Position numbers and translations under genes: made by a program. A model generated the notes under the pieces. It searched no databases and was not told where the DNA came from. It was given only the letters and a program-made list of their open reading frames with translations. Of a stretch of DNA of 64,000 bases, positions 25,930 through 40,985 are shown piece after piece; position 1 is the stretch's first letter; each line of letters starts with the position of its first letter. Source of the stretch: Lama guanicoe (lineage: Eukaryota); contig MU054391.1 of the NCBI GenBank assembly GCA_013239625.1, positions 1,734,711 to 1,798,710 on the forward strand. Reading direction: 5' to 3'.

Positions 25930-26781
25930 GTACGATGCTCCGCAAAGAATGAGGTCTTGTCTTGGGGGTTAGCACAGCCCTGCTCGCCCGGCTGTGCACG
26001 GTGGTTCTCTGGGACCCGAGGCCCGGCACAGCTCACTCGTGTGTATGTGCCCTGTGTGACGGTGCAGGTGTTTCCCCAGTGGGTGGTGCAACCCGTGTCC
26101 GAGGGACCGCCACCGCAGCCAGGTCCTGGCAGTGCTTCTCCTGGGAGGCGGCTGCTCGCCCGACCCGTCTGTAAAATGTTAGCCAGTGTGATAAAGACAA
26201 AATTGATGGTTTAAGTACTTTCTATAGCAATTTGACAAAGTAACTTTATGTCTGCTGAATTCAGTAAACAATTTGGCTTGTGTTTTTGGTACAGTCTTGG
26301 TTGTCAAAGTTGGTCTGGGAATTAATTGGTGGTGTGTTTTACAAAAGTTGATCCACGGCAGACAGGGAATAAAAAACAGCAAAAGCCAGCAGGCCCTTCC
26401 ACAGAAAACTGTTGCGAGGTTCAGGCTGACCAAGGTACGCCACGGTCTGTGGGAGCAGCCTGGTTTTTACTGGAAGGCTCACACCATCAGCCTGGCTTCC
26501 TCTTTCTAGGAAAGAGGAAGGTGGGGGTATCTCGAGGTTCATCCCTGACCATCCCTGCCCATCTTCCGCCAACACCACCCAGAGGCTATTTTGATCAGGA
26601 TGGAAAAAACAAACCAACCAACCCAGGCCTTTATTCTGTTTATTACCCCTGGGACTTGCTCTTTAGCAGTGTTTTCATTGAAGAGTTCCACTAGGCATCC
26701 ACCGTTAATTTTTATCCCAAAGTGTTTCTGCCCCGGAAGCCCCACACGGGCACTAGGATGAGAGAACTCATTGTTCTCTAG

Positions 26782-27015
<234 letters not shown>

Positions 27016-27269
27016 TGAAAGTGAAACCAGCCTTTCCTTCCCAGTCACCGGTCTCCTTAGGGTTTCAGGATTATAATCTGCCTTCTCTGTGCTCCAAGGA
27101 ATTCTTGTTTTAATGCCTCCATCCCATAGGTAGTTAGTGAAAAATTATTCAGTAAATTAGGACTTGATGGAACTAAGTTGTATCAGGTCGGATAGCTCTT
27201 AACAATTTCTGTTTCGCAGCCTTGTTGGCAGTTGAAGTGCTGTGTACAAATGACCCGCGTTTTGCTTTA

Positions 27270-30200
27270 TTTAACAGCTTTGTTGTAATTTGTATAGCAT
27301 GTAATTCACTCATTTGAAGTGTTCAATTCTATGGTTTATAGTATATGTAAGCATATGGTTTAAAGTCCGTGCAAATGTGTAGTATACATGTAGCTGTCAC
27401 CACAGTCAACTTTGCGCCATTTCTATCACCTCGGAAGGAAAGCTGATCCCCTTAAGCGCGAATCTGCTTTCTGTCTTTTTTTTTTCTTTTTCTTTTTGGC
27501 AGGGGGTGGGGGCTGATCAGCAAAGGGTGTCAAAACATGGGGGAAGGGCACAAAATAAGGACCACTTCACGCATTTGTGCGTCACCCTCGCCGGGGCCAC
27601 GCTGCCCTTCTCTGCACCCTGCCAGTCCTAGTGTGCAAGCTGCTGGAGCGAGCGAGCTCTGCTTCCCGTGCTGGCAGATCGGACTGCTCTGGAGACTTCG
27701 TCTAAAGGGTCTCTGGGGACCGGCTTCTTTCGCTGAGCATCATGTTTTCAAGGCTCATCCACGCGGTAGCCCGCCAGCACTTCATTTCTTTTTATGGCTG
27801 GATGACATTCTGTTGCGTGGATGGACCGCACATGGGTCCGTTCATCAGCTGATAGGCATTTGAGCTGTTTGCACCTGTTGGCTACTTATGAGTAATGCTG
27901 GTATAAACATTCCTGTACAAGTTTCTGTGTGGACACACGGTTTTCATCAGGGTATTTCCCTAGGATTGGAATTGCTGGGTCACACGATAACTCCATGTTT
28001 TAAATTACTTAAGGAATCATCAGACCGTTTTCCAAAACGGCTGCACTGTTTCACAGTCCCCCGGCGCCGTCTGAGGGAAGGTCCCGGCTCCTCCGCATCC
28101 GCCCAGCACGTGCGGTCGGGCTGTCTGATCACAGCCACCCCGGAGCGTGTGCAGTGGGGTCTCACTGCGGCCCTCACTGGCGTTTCCCTGACGACTGGGA
28201 TGAGCATCTTTCCAGTGGCTTACCTGGCCATATGCATGTTTTCTTCGGGAAAATGTTTATTCAGGTTTTTTGCCCATTACTAAACTGGGTAAAATCCAAC
28301 TTTACTGTTTCATTATTAGTCTGTTACTACTGAGATGAAGGGTTCTTTATACAGCCCAGATTCAAAGCCTTTATCAGAGCTAGGGTTTGCAAATAATTTC
28401 TCCCATCCTGTGTGATGTCTTTTCACTTTCTCTGGGGGATTTCTTGGAGAACAATAGTTCTTAATTTTGATGAAGTTCAACTATGTGTTTTTTCCTTTTG
28501 TTGCTCATGCCTTTGAAGTCATATCTAGAAAATCATTGTCAAATCTGAGGTCATGAAGAATTACCCCTATATTTTTTCTAAGAGTTTTATCATTTCTAGC
28601 TCTTAGGTTTAGGCCTTTGACTAATTTTGAGCTAATTCTTGCATATGGTGTAAGGTAAGGTTTCAACTTCATTACTTTGCATGTGGAGATCAGTTGTCCA
28701 AGAACCTTTTTTTTTTTTTCCTGGAAAGGATTTTCTATCCCAGTTGAATGATTTTGGCATACTTGTGAAAAATTAGCTGACTTATATAGATATATGGGTT
28801 TATCTCTGGACTCTCAATTTTTTTTGTATTTATCTTTATGCTAGTCCTACACTGTTTTGATTAGTGTTGCTTTGTAGTAAGTTTGGAGATCAGAAAGTGT
28901 GTCTTCCAAATTTGTTCCTTTGAAAGATTTTTTTTGGGGGGGGTTATTTGGAGTCCTGTACAATTTCATATGCAATTCCACATTTCAGAATCAGCTTAAG
29001 TTTCTACAAAGAAGCCAGCTGGGATTCTGATAGAGATTGCATTGAATCTGTAGATCAATTTGGGGAGCATTGCTGGTTTAAAAATGTTGAGTCTTCCAAT
29101 GGCATGTTTTCCCATTTATTTACATTTCCTTTCAACAATATTTTATAGTTGTCAGAGTATACATATTATACTTCTTTGTTAAATTAATTCCTCCATCTTT
29201 TGTTGTTTTTGATACTACCATAAATGGAATTATTTTCTTAATTTTGTTTTGGATTGTCTGTTTTAAGACTATAGAAATACAAATGATTTTTGAATATTAT
29301 TCTTGTGTCCTACAACTTTGCTGAACTTGTTTATTAGTACTAATGGATTTTCAGTGAGTCCTTGGGGTTTCTATGTACAAGATCATATTATCTGTTCATG
29401 GAGATAGTTTTATTCCCTCCTTTCCAATCTGGATGCCAGCCAGCTGTCTCCATCTCTCCCTCTTTCCATATCTCTGTCCCTCCATCTCTCTCTCTCTCTC
29501 TCTCTCTCAAAATCTCCAGTGCAATGTTGAAGAGAAGAGGCAAGAGCAGAATCCTGGTCTTGTTCCTGATCTTAGGGGAAAAGCAGTCTTTCACAATTAA
29601 ATACGATGTTAGCTGTGGATTTCGTAGAAGCCTTTTATCAGATTGTGAAAATTCCCTTCTATTCCTTGTTTGTTGAATGTGTTTATCATGAAAAGGTGCT
29701 GGATTTTGTTAATTTTTTTTCTTTGTGAGAGTGTCATGTGGCTTCTCTTCTGCGAGCAAAGGGTATGACATTGACTGATTTTCAGGTGTTGGACGTGGTC
29801 ACGGTGTGTCATATTTTGTGACGTGTTGCTGGATTTGGTTTGCACGTGCTTTGTGGAGGATGTGCATGTCTGTATTCATAAGAGCTGTTTGCCTGTAGTT
29901 TTCTTTTCTTGTGAAGTCTTTGGTTTTGGTATCAGAGTAATACTGGCCTCATGCAATGAGTTGGGAGGTGTTCCCGCCTGTTATATTTTTTGGAAGATTT
30001 TGTGAAGAATTGATATATATAAACACATATGTGTATATATATACACACATATTTGTTTACTAGTTCAATTTATTTAGTTGACATTGGTCTATTCAGATGG
30101 TCTGTTTCTTCCTGAATCATTTTCGGTAGTCTGTGTCTTCCAGGAATTTGTCCATCTCATCTTAAGTTATCTAATTTATTGGCATATAACTGCACTTTTA

Positions 30201-31460
30201 TAATCCTTTTTTTTTCTGTAAGGTCAGTAGTAATGTCTTCTCTTACATTTCTGATTTTAGTAATTTGACTTTTTTCTCTTTTTCTTGGCAAATCTACCTA
30301 AAAGTTTGTTAATTTTGTTACTCTCTTCAAAAAACCAGATTTCAGCTTCACTGATACTCTCTCTGTCTTTAATTTCTACTCTAATCTTTATTATTTCCTT
30401 CCTTCTGCTCGCTTCAGGTTTAGTCTGCTTTCTTCTCCAGTGTCGTTAGGGGGAGGTTCTTATTTTTCAATATGGGTATTTATAGCTATAAATTTCCCTT
30501 TAAGCATCAGTTACTGCATACCTTAAGTTCTGGAATGTTGCGGCTTCATTTTCATTCATTTACAAGCATTTTCTATTTCACATTTTGATTTCTTCTTTGA
30601 CCCAGTAGTTTAGAGCGTGTTCTTTACTTTTCATGTATTTGTGAGCTTCCCAAATTTCCTTCTCACTGATTTCTAATTTCTTTTCATGTGATTGGAGAGA
30701 ACACTTTGTATTATTTCAACCCATTTGCTATAACCTCACATATGGCTTATCTTGGAGAATGTTCCATGTGCACTTGAGAAGAATTTGTGTTACGCTTTTG
30801 TTGGGTGAAGTGTTTTATAGGCCAGCGAGGTACAGCTGCTTTATAGAGTTGCTCAAGCCTTCTATTTCCTTGCTGATCTTTTTTCTAGTTTTGCTGTCCA
30901 TTATTGAAAGTGGAGTATTGAACTCTCCAATGATCGTTGTTGATTTGTCTATTTTTCCTTTCATTTCTGTCAGTTTTTCCTTGATGATTTCGGTGCTGTG
31001 TTATTAGGTGCAAATATATTTATAATTGTGTTTTCCTGATGGATTGACACTGTTATCATCGTAAAATGTCCCTCCTCATCCCTAGTGATGTATTTGTTTT
31101 AAAGTTAATTTTGTCTGCCATCAGCAAAGCCACTCTAGCTTGTTGTGGTTGCTGTTTGCATGGTATGATCTTTCCATTTCCATTTAAGGTTTGTTTTATT
31201 AACCTTCCTATTTGTCATTTCTGGCTTTATTCATTTTCTCCTGTGGGTTTAAGCTACCATATGTAGTCATTTTCTTTGGCCCAATCAGCTGTGCTCCCAG
31301 CGACCTCCTTTGTAATGTCACTGGTGAATATATTAAACATAGATTATATTTCCATATATCAAAAGCCCAGTACACGGTATATACATATTAGTTTATACTT
31401 TGCTTTTCTTCTTTTTCACTTAACAGAAGAAGGGGCAGGAAATATGCGTTTCCACTGTCT
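27270..31460 (-). mobile_element. Large old L1M fragment (3' UTR and decayed ORF2)
   Basis: Continuous T-rich antisense L1 ORF2-like sequence (e.g. ggtgtaaggtaagg...ttcatt, ttgaatctgtagatc, gtaatactggcctcat, ttggagaatgttccatgtgcacttgagaagaat) with many disruptions. Confidence 0.85.
27552..27655 (-). pseudogene. Processed U6 snRNA pseudogene, part of a chimeric retro-insert spanning ~27476-27657
   Basis: aaaataaggaccacttcacgcatttgtgcgtcaccctcgccggggccacgctgcccttctctg...gctgctggagcgagc aligns end to end with the reverse complement of vertebrate U6. It has a poly(A) tail and a degenerate TSD. Confidence 0.88.
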
Positions 31461-31599
31461 CTTATGATAATTACACAGTCACCTTTACAGGTGCTCTTTG
31501 TTTTCTCATGTTCAGCCGCTGGCTGCATCACTTCAGTGGAGTCTGTTTCAGCCTCACGGTGTGAAGCTTCTGGTGCCGCCCCTTGCGGGGCACAGCCCT

Positions 31600-32680
31600 G
31601 GGTTTGCCCTGAGACGGCAGCTGTGGCAGAGCGCTCTTTGACTGTCCCCTTCCCTGACCACATCCACAGTTAGCTCCACTAATTGCCATCTGATTGCTCT
31701 ATGTTTTCAACAATGCCCTGGGCATAAATTGCTCCACATACCAATCCAATTAAATCTGGGCTTCTTCAGAGTGGCAGCATTTGAGGTCAGTGTTTGAGGT
31801 CTGTCCTGATCCCACAAGGGCTTCTTTGAGCTCCTTCCCTGTTCTTTCTAGCCGACTGTCTGGCTTACAGTTTGTGCTGCGGTGTTAAGTTTACAGACGT
31901 CCCTAACGAGTCGACCAGTCTCAGTGTCTTCTTATAGCTTTCCTCCACAACTTCCATTGCTTCTGGGAGCGCCCTTAGGCTTGAACGGCTCCATTCTCTG
32001 TTGCACGTGAAGCCCATTTACTGGGAAGACACCTGCAGCGCTCTGTTCCACGACCCACTTCTCCTGGGCCTCTGAGCCCTGGCTCTGGAGCTGGGGGCGG
32101 CGACAGTGGTGCCTTTCTGAGTGATGGCCCTGCTTTAGGAGCTGGGTGCTCAGTGGAGGGGGCAGCAGCCTCAGCTCTTCTTGGCTTGTCTGCCTTGTGA
32201 GCTGAGACACTGTGATCATGGCCCCGGCATCTCAGGGGGGCTGTGTGCAGGGTAGAGACCCCATCTTCCGAGTGGGGGCTGGGTGACAGGAAGGCGCCCC
32301 CTCTTCTCAGCCGCACTCACCTGGGACTCAGCCTCCCGGCCGACAGGTGGGGCAGCATGAGAAACGCTGACGTCCCAGCCCCCCTGGGAAGAAAGCCCAG
32401 GACTGAGAGCGGGGTGGGGGCAGCCCTGCGCTCCTGGCTGCACCCTCACTGAGTGGGGCGAGGGGGCGCAGGTGACTGCTTCAGATACCACAGACTCTCC
32501 CTGGCCTTGCTGAGCTGCGGTAGATTTTTTGAATCAATGTGGCTTCGTTTGCCGTGTGCCTTAGGACTATTTCCACAGGCTTTTCCAGTGGTTGTTTTTT
32601 TCCTTCCTAATCATCACCAGCCTGGTTGGGGAGGGTCAGCACAGCTTCACATGCCTTCATGCTGGAAGTGGATCTCCTGA
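31600..32680 (-). mobile_element. Probable L1 5'-region remnant
   Basis: Sits beyond the ORF2 fragment and loosely resembles old L1 5' UTR sequence. Not firmly assigned. Confidence 0.35.
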
Positions 32681-32859
32681 CCCCCCTACTTTATTTACAA
32701 ATTTTTAAAAGACAACTTCATTGTAGTATAATCTCAGTACAGTAAATTGCACGTATTTCAGATGTACAATTTGGTGAATTTTGATAGATGTAGACACCCA
32801 TGAAACCATCACCACCATCAAGATAGCTCACATTGCCATCACTCTCCAACAGGTGCAAA

Positions 32860-33668
32860 TTTTGAACTCCCAATTTATCGCCTGCCACCCCTTTACTCCC
32901 TGGTAACTCCAAGTTTGTTCTTTATGTCTGTGAGTCTGTTCTGTTTTGTAAATAAGTTCACTTGTGTCTTTTTTTTTTTAAGATTCCATGTATAAATGGT
33001 ATCATATGTTATTTTTCTTTCTCTTTCTGGCTTACTTTACTTAGAATGATGATCTCCAGGTCCATACATGTTGCTGCAATGGCATTATTTTATTCTCTTT
33101 TTTATTGCTGAGTAATATTCAATTGTATAAATATACCATAACTTTTTAATCCAGTCATCTGTCAATGGACATTTAGGTTGTCTCCATGTCTTGGCTACTG
33201 TAAATAGTGCTGCTATGAACACTGGGGTGCATGTATCTTTCTGAATTATATTTTTCTCCAGATATATGCCCAGGAGTGGGATTGCTGGATCATATGCTAA
33301 GTTTATTTTTGGTTTTTTAGGGAACCTCCATACTGTCTTCCATGGTGGCTGAACCAATTTGCATTCCCACCAGCAGTGTAGGAGGGTTCCTTTCTCTCCA
33401 CAGCCTCCCCAGCATTTATCGTTTGTGGACTTTTTAATGATGGCCGTTCTGACTGGTGTGAGGTGATACCTCCTTGTAGTTTTGATTTGCATTTCTCTAG
33501 CGTTTAGCAATGTTGAGCATCTTTTCATGCGCTTGTTGGCCAGCTGGATGCCTTCTTTGGAGAGATGTCTATTTAGGTCTTCTGCCCACTTTTTGGTTGA
33601 GTTGCTTGTTTTATTGATATTAAGCTGTATGAGCTGTTTGTATATTTTGGAAATTAGTCCCTTGTCAC
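32860..33668 (-). mobile_element. Younger 5'-truncated L1 (ORF2 C-terminus and 3' UTR)
   Basis: ORF 33085-33678 encodes the L1 ORF2p C-terminus ([12 protein letters not shown]...[11 protein letters not shown]...EYYSAIK). Confidence 0.93.
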
Positions 33669-34549
33669 TGACCCTCACTTTAGATTAAGCAGGTTTTTGG
33701 TTATCATGTTTTAAAGAAAGACACCGACATGTAGAGATCTGAACCCGGTCAGTGACAGTGATTGCGCATTGAAACCATCTGCTCTAAAACCAGTGAAAGC
33801 AACTGAATGGGCAAAGCCAATAAGAGAGATTTAGGACTTTTCCCATTTGTTATTTCAACAAAACTTAGTAGCTGCCTCGATCAAGGGCCTGAGCACTGGC
33901 TGTATAGTCACTTCCCAGGTGATGAGCAGGGCAGAGCTAACAGAATGTAAGCTGCCTGAAGACAGGGGTCACGTCTGGGTTGTCATCTGTTCACGCCCAG
34001 CACCCAGCCTGGCCTGGGGAACGGAGCAGATGCTCAGTAAGCATCTGTTGTTAGACTGACTTGATGGAGTCCTTGCCCTTGTGAAGTGAATGACCCAGGT
34101 GGGGAGGGGTGGTGCACAAGTAAGCAAAATACTGCAAAAACAGTGACAGGTGTTATAACAAAAGTACTCAGGCAGTGCTCTAAGACTTTTCTATTTGGCA
34201 ATTTCTGGGCTATTGACACAGCAACTTCACGTGTTCAACCCAGTTTATTCAGAACTTAGGAGGTGAGAGTGGGTCTGAAAAAGTGGCAGGTGGAGGCCCT
34301 GCTTTGTGGATGGAATCGTGCGGTTTCCTGCACACATGAAAGCTGGTCTGTGACCGGCCAGCCTCGAGGGAAGGGGAGGGGCGGGCAGGGTGTGCATGCC
34401 GACTTCTCCCCGCCTCTGGCTGCGTCTTCAGCTACTCTGCGAAGGCTCCGCCTGGATGCAAGATTGAAGGGCAAAGGACGCAGTAGGAGAACCCGACAGG
34501 ACACGGGGGGGGGGGGGATTTTTATGTTTTAAAAAGTAAAAAAAAAATT

Positions 34550-34694
34550 TTTTTCTTTTTTTCCCCTAGGGGTAAGTAATTAGATTTATTTATAGATTAT
34601 TATTATCACTATTTTTAGAGGAGGTGCTGGGATTGAACCCAGGCCCGCATGCGTGCTAAGCATGCGCTCTACCACGTGAGCTACGCCCTCCTCC
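34550..34694 (-). mobile_element. vic-1-like SINE
   Basis: ggaggtgctgggattgaacccagg...gctaagcatgcgctctaccac...gagctacgccctcc plus tail. Confidence 0.85.
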
Positions 34695-35429
34695 GGGGTC
34701 GCTTTACTGAGGCTCTCTCAAAGTATCCAGAGGCGTTTCTAATACTCCGTGACAGTTCTGATTAAAAGTGAGGCTGGATATTAGTTCTGCAAAGAAGAGA
34801 AGAATTTTATTTCTTCTTAATGTAAAATCAGCACTACGGTAACAGACACGCAAAGTCCGTGAGCTGGAGCTGTGTTTTCCTGCTCTGCCTCCTGCTGGCC
34901 CACTCCCGCCAGCACAGTATCTTGGGTTTTCTGCCAACACAGTCTGGTTTAATTTGCTGTATGTATCAAGCCTTCCACTGTTCTACTGAAATTTTTTCAG
35001 ATCCACTCAGTATCACTGTATTTTTCATATACAAATAGATAAGGCTTGGTTTCAGTAGAATACTCTGATGAACGCTTTTGAGCATCTACATAAAAAAAGC
35101 TTGGCTTCTGCCTTCTAGGAAGTGATACTTAAACAGATAAAACATTCACTTTATTAGGATTAGATAATGTGAACTGATCTTGGTAGCTGTTCTCTGCCCT
35201 GCAGACCTGATCTCAGGCTGCTGTGGGTCTCAGCAGTGATTTGATTTTGTGAATATATCTTCAGTAATCTCAACTGCATTGCAAGGCAATGTGTTGTAAA
35301 AATAAGAACGTAAGGCTCTTGTATGAGTTGGTGTGGGACTTAGCAATGCTGAGTTCTGGCACCAAGAGCATGTCTGTGGTGAATTTCCCAGCTGTATTTT
35401 GGCTTTCCTGGAGTCATTAATTCAACTAA

Positions 35430-35820
35430 AACTGTGAGCACCAACTACGTGCCACACAGAAGCAAACAAGATAGGCAGCTCTTCTGGCCTTCAGAGATTT
35501 TATATTCTGGTTTTGGGAGACTGACGTTTTCTGGGACTTAAAGAAAGAACAAGACAGTTTCAGACTGTGACTTGCACAATGGAGTAAGTAAGCAGAAGTA
35601 GATGATAAATGTAACCTGGGCAATCAGACAGGGGCCAGGTGGGGTGGGAAGGAGAGGGCTTCAAAGAGAGAGGGAAGGCCTTCCTGAGGCCACAACACTG
35701 AAGCTGAGACCTAAGAACGACCAGTAGTCTTTTAGGAGAGCTGGAAAAGCCGTCCCAGGACAAGGGGGTGGCAAGTGCAAAGGCCCTGGGGCAGCAGGCT
35801 TGGTGAGCAGGCAGGCGTGG
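35430..35820 (-). mobile_element. L2 remnant
   Basis: gagcaccaactacgtgcc...agggaaggccttcctgagg...tgaagctgagacctaagaa...gcaagtgcaaaggccctgggg. Confidence 0.6.
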
Positions 35821-35872
35821 AGAGCTCTGCAGTTTACGATCTGCAAACAGCCTGTTTTCCAAGTAGGAATAA

Positions 35873-36118
<246 letters not shown>

Positions 36119-36438
36119 TGAATTACTTCTGAGGGAGGAGCCATCTCAAAGCACGAGGGTGGATGAGGCCAACCATCCACATACAGGATTTAATGCCTTT
36201 ACGGCCTGAAGTAAATCAACAGCAATCTTCCTTCCTAATTTTGGCTTAAGCAGTTGTGATAGAAGGAGAAGTAAAATTCACTAACTCTCTGGTTGTAGGT
36301 GAATTTACTGACGCATTAGCTTCCGTGGAGGTAATTTATGTAGCAGTGCTCGGGTGCCGGCGGGCTGGCGCTGAACCACACCAGTGCACTCATTCTCGCA
36401 TTTCAATAAAATGGGATGACTGTGTGGTAGCCTGTTAA

Positions 36439-36555
<117 letters not shown>

Positions 36556-37510
36556 TAACGTTTCCTGAAAAGTGAAGAGTGTTTGTTTTTTACTTTGATG
36601 TCAAGGAAGTTCTTACTTTAGAAACCCCTTCAGCGGTTTTCTTACTGCTTATTTTCCACATTTTCCAGGCTTCCTACTGTGTCATCGTAAGAGCAGGGCC
36701 GGGCTAGGTGTAAAGGCCTGGAGGCCAGGCTGGTTGTTGGCGGCTATGCTATCACATGGCTGGAATTACCCCTCTGTTTCTTCAAATAAAGCAACAAGAA
36801 TATCTACAGTTTAATGATATAAAACCCATGAATAAATGTATTGGTTGATCTGGAGGAAAAAACCGCCATTTCATCATTTTTAATATCTGGGTGTCCCTGG
36901 ATGAGACTTACGTGAACTTGGGACGGGGAACTCTAAGCGGGGGCTCAGCTGTTTACTTTGGCCAGGAACTAACTTGAGACGAGGAAGTAAACAAGGAAAG
37001 AGAAGACCTTTCAATTTGTGTATCTCACCCCACTGCAAACATAGTCAGAAATACCCCTTTCTTGGGCTAGTCTGCATGTCACCCAGAGCTTCTGGCTGTA
37101 AATGAGCAAACTGCTTGCTGGAAACTAGTGTTTGGAGGCAGATCATATGTTGGTATAGATTTGACCAAAACATACCTACTTTAAAAGGTCAAAACAGACT
37201 GACCAGAGGAGCTATGGGCTGGGTTAGAGAAAGATCCTTTTGGGTACAGGATCCTACCTAAACTTACAACTGACGTAGAAAAATGCGATCAGAAATTTAG
37301 AAACCTTTACAAAGTGTCAGATAAGTTGGCAAGAGGCATTTACAGAGTGATGCAAAGAGGCACTTTACAGGAGAAGCAGTTTACCAATCAGGTCATAAGA
37401 AACACTCTTTCATGTAAGAAGAGACAAGCACATGCCAACATTTTCACCTGCTGGTTTTAGGACTGATGTCTTGAAACCAAGCTGGCTTACGTGGTTCTTT
37501 TTCTTTCTGA

Positions 37511-37825
<315 letters not shown>

Positions 37826-38540
37826 TGAGCGTCTATGATGCTGTGAGGCTGTTACCACGGGGGCCCTGAGCTCCGTTTGGAAAAGCCTATGAAATAGTCC
37901 CTGATTAGAAAGAACTGGACGGGGGTATCTTCTCATGGGGAAGGGGATCCCAAGCAGACTGGTGGCCATTTCTTCTCCAGGCTGGACTTTGAGGGCAGTG
38001 ATCTACACATTTTTAAAATTGTGCACTTCCATTAGTAAAAAAAATATATATTTGGACAAGTACCCTTGATATTCCATATTTACTTTCTTATGAAATAGAT
38101 ACGTGTGCCATTATATTGAGAAAGTTCAAAGGAGGTTTCTAAGCTTTCACAATTGTTAGGTGAAATTTTGATAAGCACTGGATCGCGTGTCTCCTGATTA
38201 CTGGGCCGTCTTTGAATAAATACGGCAGTTTATAGCCGTATATCGGACGCCTGATTTTTAAGTGTCTTACGAGTCATTATGACCTCAGTTATGAACTGTT
38301 TCAAAAAGGCGCAGTGTATGTTTAAGGGGCAGGTCGTCATCAGTGGTAGTGGATGTAAATCACTTCAAGAAGTCTTGACGATGGAGACTTCCACCTGGAA
38401 GACAGTGTTTTGGATCTGATCAGCGGGTCACTGTTTTCATGGCTCAGCACAGCTGATGACCTTGCACCCTGAAGGTCAGGAGAAACGTCAGCCCTGCTAT
38501 TTGCTTGTTGTTCTTGGATGCTTGCATCTCTAGCAGTATC

Positions 38541-39619
38541 TTTTTTTTCAAATTGAGTTATAGTCAGTTCACAATGTTGTGTCCATTTCCAGCACAGAGC
38601 ACAGCTTTTCAGTTCTACATGACCTGAACGTATATTCATCGTCACACTTTTTTTTGCTGTGAGCTACCACAGGACCTTGTATACATTTCCCTGTGCTGTA
38701 CAGTATAATCTCGTTTATCTATTCCACTTATGCCTGTCAGTATCTACAAATTTTGAAGTCCCAGTCTGTCCCTTCCCACCCCTGTCCCCTTGGCAACCAC
38801 AAGTTTGTATTCTATGTCTGTGAGTCTTTTTCTGTTTTGTATTTATGTTCATTTGTCTTTTTCTTTCTTTCTTTTTTTTTAGATTCCACTTATGAGTTAT
38901 CTCATGTGGTATTTTTCTTTCTCTTTCTGACTTACTTCACTTAGAATGACATTCTCCAGGGACATCCATGTTGCTGCAAATGGCATTATGTTGTTGGTTT
39001 TTATGGCTGAATAGTATTCCATTGTATAAATATACCACATCTTCTTTATCCAGTCATCTGTTGATGGACATTTAGGCTGTTTCCTGTCTTGGCTATTGTA
39101 AATAGTGCTGCTATGAACATTGGGGTGCAGGTGTCATTTTAAAGTAGGGTTCCTTCTGGATATATGCCCAGGAGAGGGATTCCTGGGTCACACGGTAAGT
39201 CTATTCCTAGTCTTTTGGGGAATCTCCATACTGTTTTCCACAGTGGCTGCACCAAACTGCATTCCCACCAGCAGTGTAGGAGGGTTCCCCTTTCTCCACA
39301 GCCTCTCCAACATTTGTCATTTGTGGACTTTTGAATGACAGACATACTGACTGGTGTGAGGTGATACCTCATTGTAGTTTTGATCTGCATTTCTCTGATA
39401 ATCAGTGATACTGAGCATTTTTTCATGTGCCTATTGATCATTTGTATTTCTTCCTTGAAGAATTGCTTGTTTAGGTCTTCTGCCCATTTTTGGATGGGGC
39501 TGTTTGCTTTTTTCTTAAGTTGTATGAACTGCTTATATACTCTGGAGATCAAGCCTTTATCAGTTCCATCTTTTGCAAAAATTTTCTCCCATTCCATAGG
39601 TTGTCATTTTGTTTTGTTT
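38541..39619 (-). mobile_element. Lineage-specific 5'-truncated L1 with TSD
   Basis: ORF2p C-terminal peptide (ORF 39139-39597). Perfect 12-bp TSD tctagcagtatc at 38529-38540 and 39620-39631. Confidence 0.95.
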
Positions 39620-40598
39620 TCTAGCAGTATCCTTAAACCACGGTTCCCTACAGATAGTTTAAAACCACTTGTTTATTTTTGTGAGGGCTGGTTCGGTCAA
39701 CACCAGGTAAATCCCTGTAACCAGGGACCCTGAATTGCAATATGGAATATGCCATGGCTATACTGTTGGTGGCCCTTAGGTCTCTCCATCACCACGTGAT
39801 GACAGTCATGGGGATGAGGGAATGTGCCAGTATCCTGTTATGATGTCAAATATGCCTGGCTTGCTATACACACACACTCACATGTGTGCATGTGTGACAG
39901 AAACAGACACAGTCATCCTGACGCTCTCTTCCTGCGTCCTTTGGGTTTCCATGGCACCCCAGGAGCGTGCTCCCCCACCTTGGAGACCAGTGTTCAACGA
40001 GCATCCCCCTCTGCCACACTTCTTGACCAGGAGCTCCTCCTCTGTTGATCTTCAAGTCTTGGGGACCCCTATAGAAGTCCTCCCCACAAAGAGTGGGGGA
40101 GCCTCCACCAAACTTGTCTCAGCCCACTGGGCCCATGATGCCGGTGAAATTCCAAAGACAGAAGAGACAACTCAGGACCATACATTTTCACCAAAAGAGC
40201 ACTTAGAAACCCTCAAATACAGGGTGTGTGGTGTACTCTGTGATTCCACAATCCTATTCTATTCTGTGATGCCAAAAGGAAGGTATTTTCCAGCTTCATA
40301 ATGATTTCAGATGAGCCACAGAGAAGGAGGCGAGTCGTGAAATGTGCAATCTAGGAAGTTTAGCAGATACGCTCAGCTTTCTAAGTAAAATGCCACACAC
40401 TCAAACTCACATGCACCAGCCCATGGACGTTTGTCAGGCCTTCCTGGTTCCTCTGAAGAGCACACACTCATTGGTTTCACGAGGCGGTCCCACTCTGCCA
40501 CACACCCAGTACTTTCCTCCTCTCATGTACTTCATTCTTTTGCTTTTGTTTTGAAAGAACCTTGATTTGTTCTGTGTTGGGTTTTTGATCCAGGATGA

Positions 40599-40985
<387 letters not shown>

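Noticed and set aside
27552..27655. Functional U6 gene
   Set aside because: Roughly a quarter of positions differ from U6, there is no upstream PSE/TATA, and it has a poly(A) tail and TSD.
34620..34694. Possible functional tRNA-Ala genes (here and in similar copies)
   Set aside because: Cloverleaf stems are disrupted, and each copy has a SINE tail and often a TSD, so they are SINEs.
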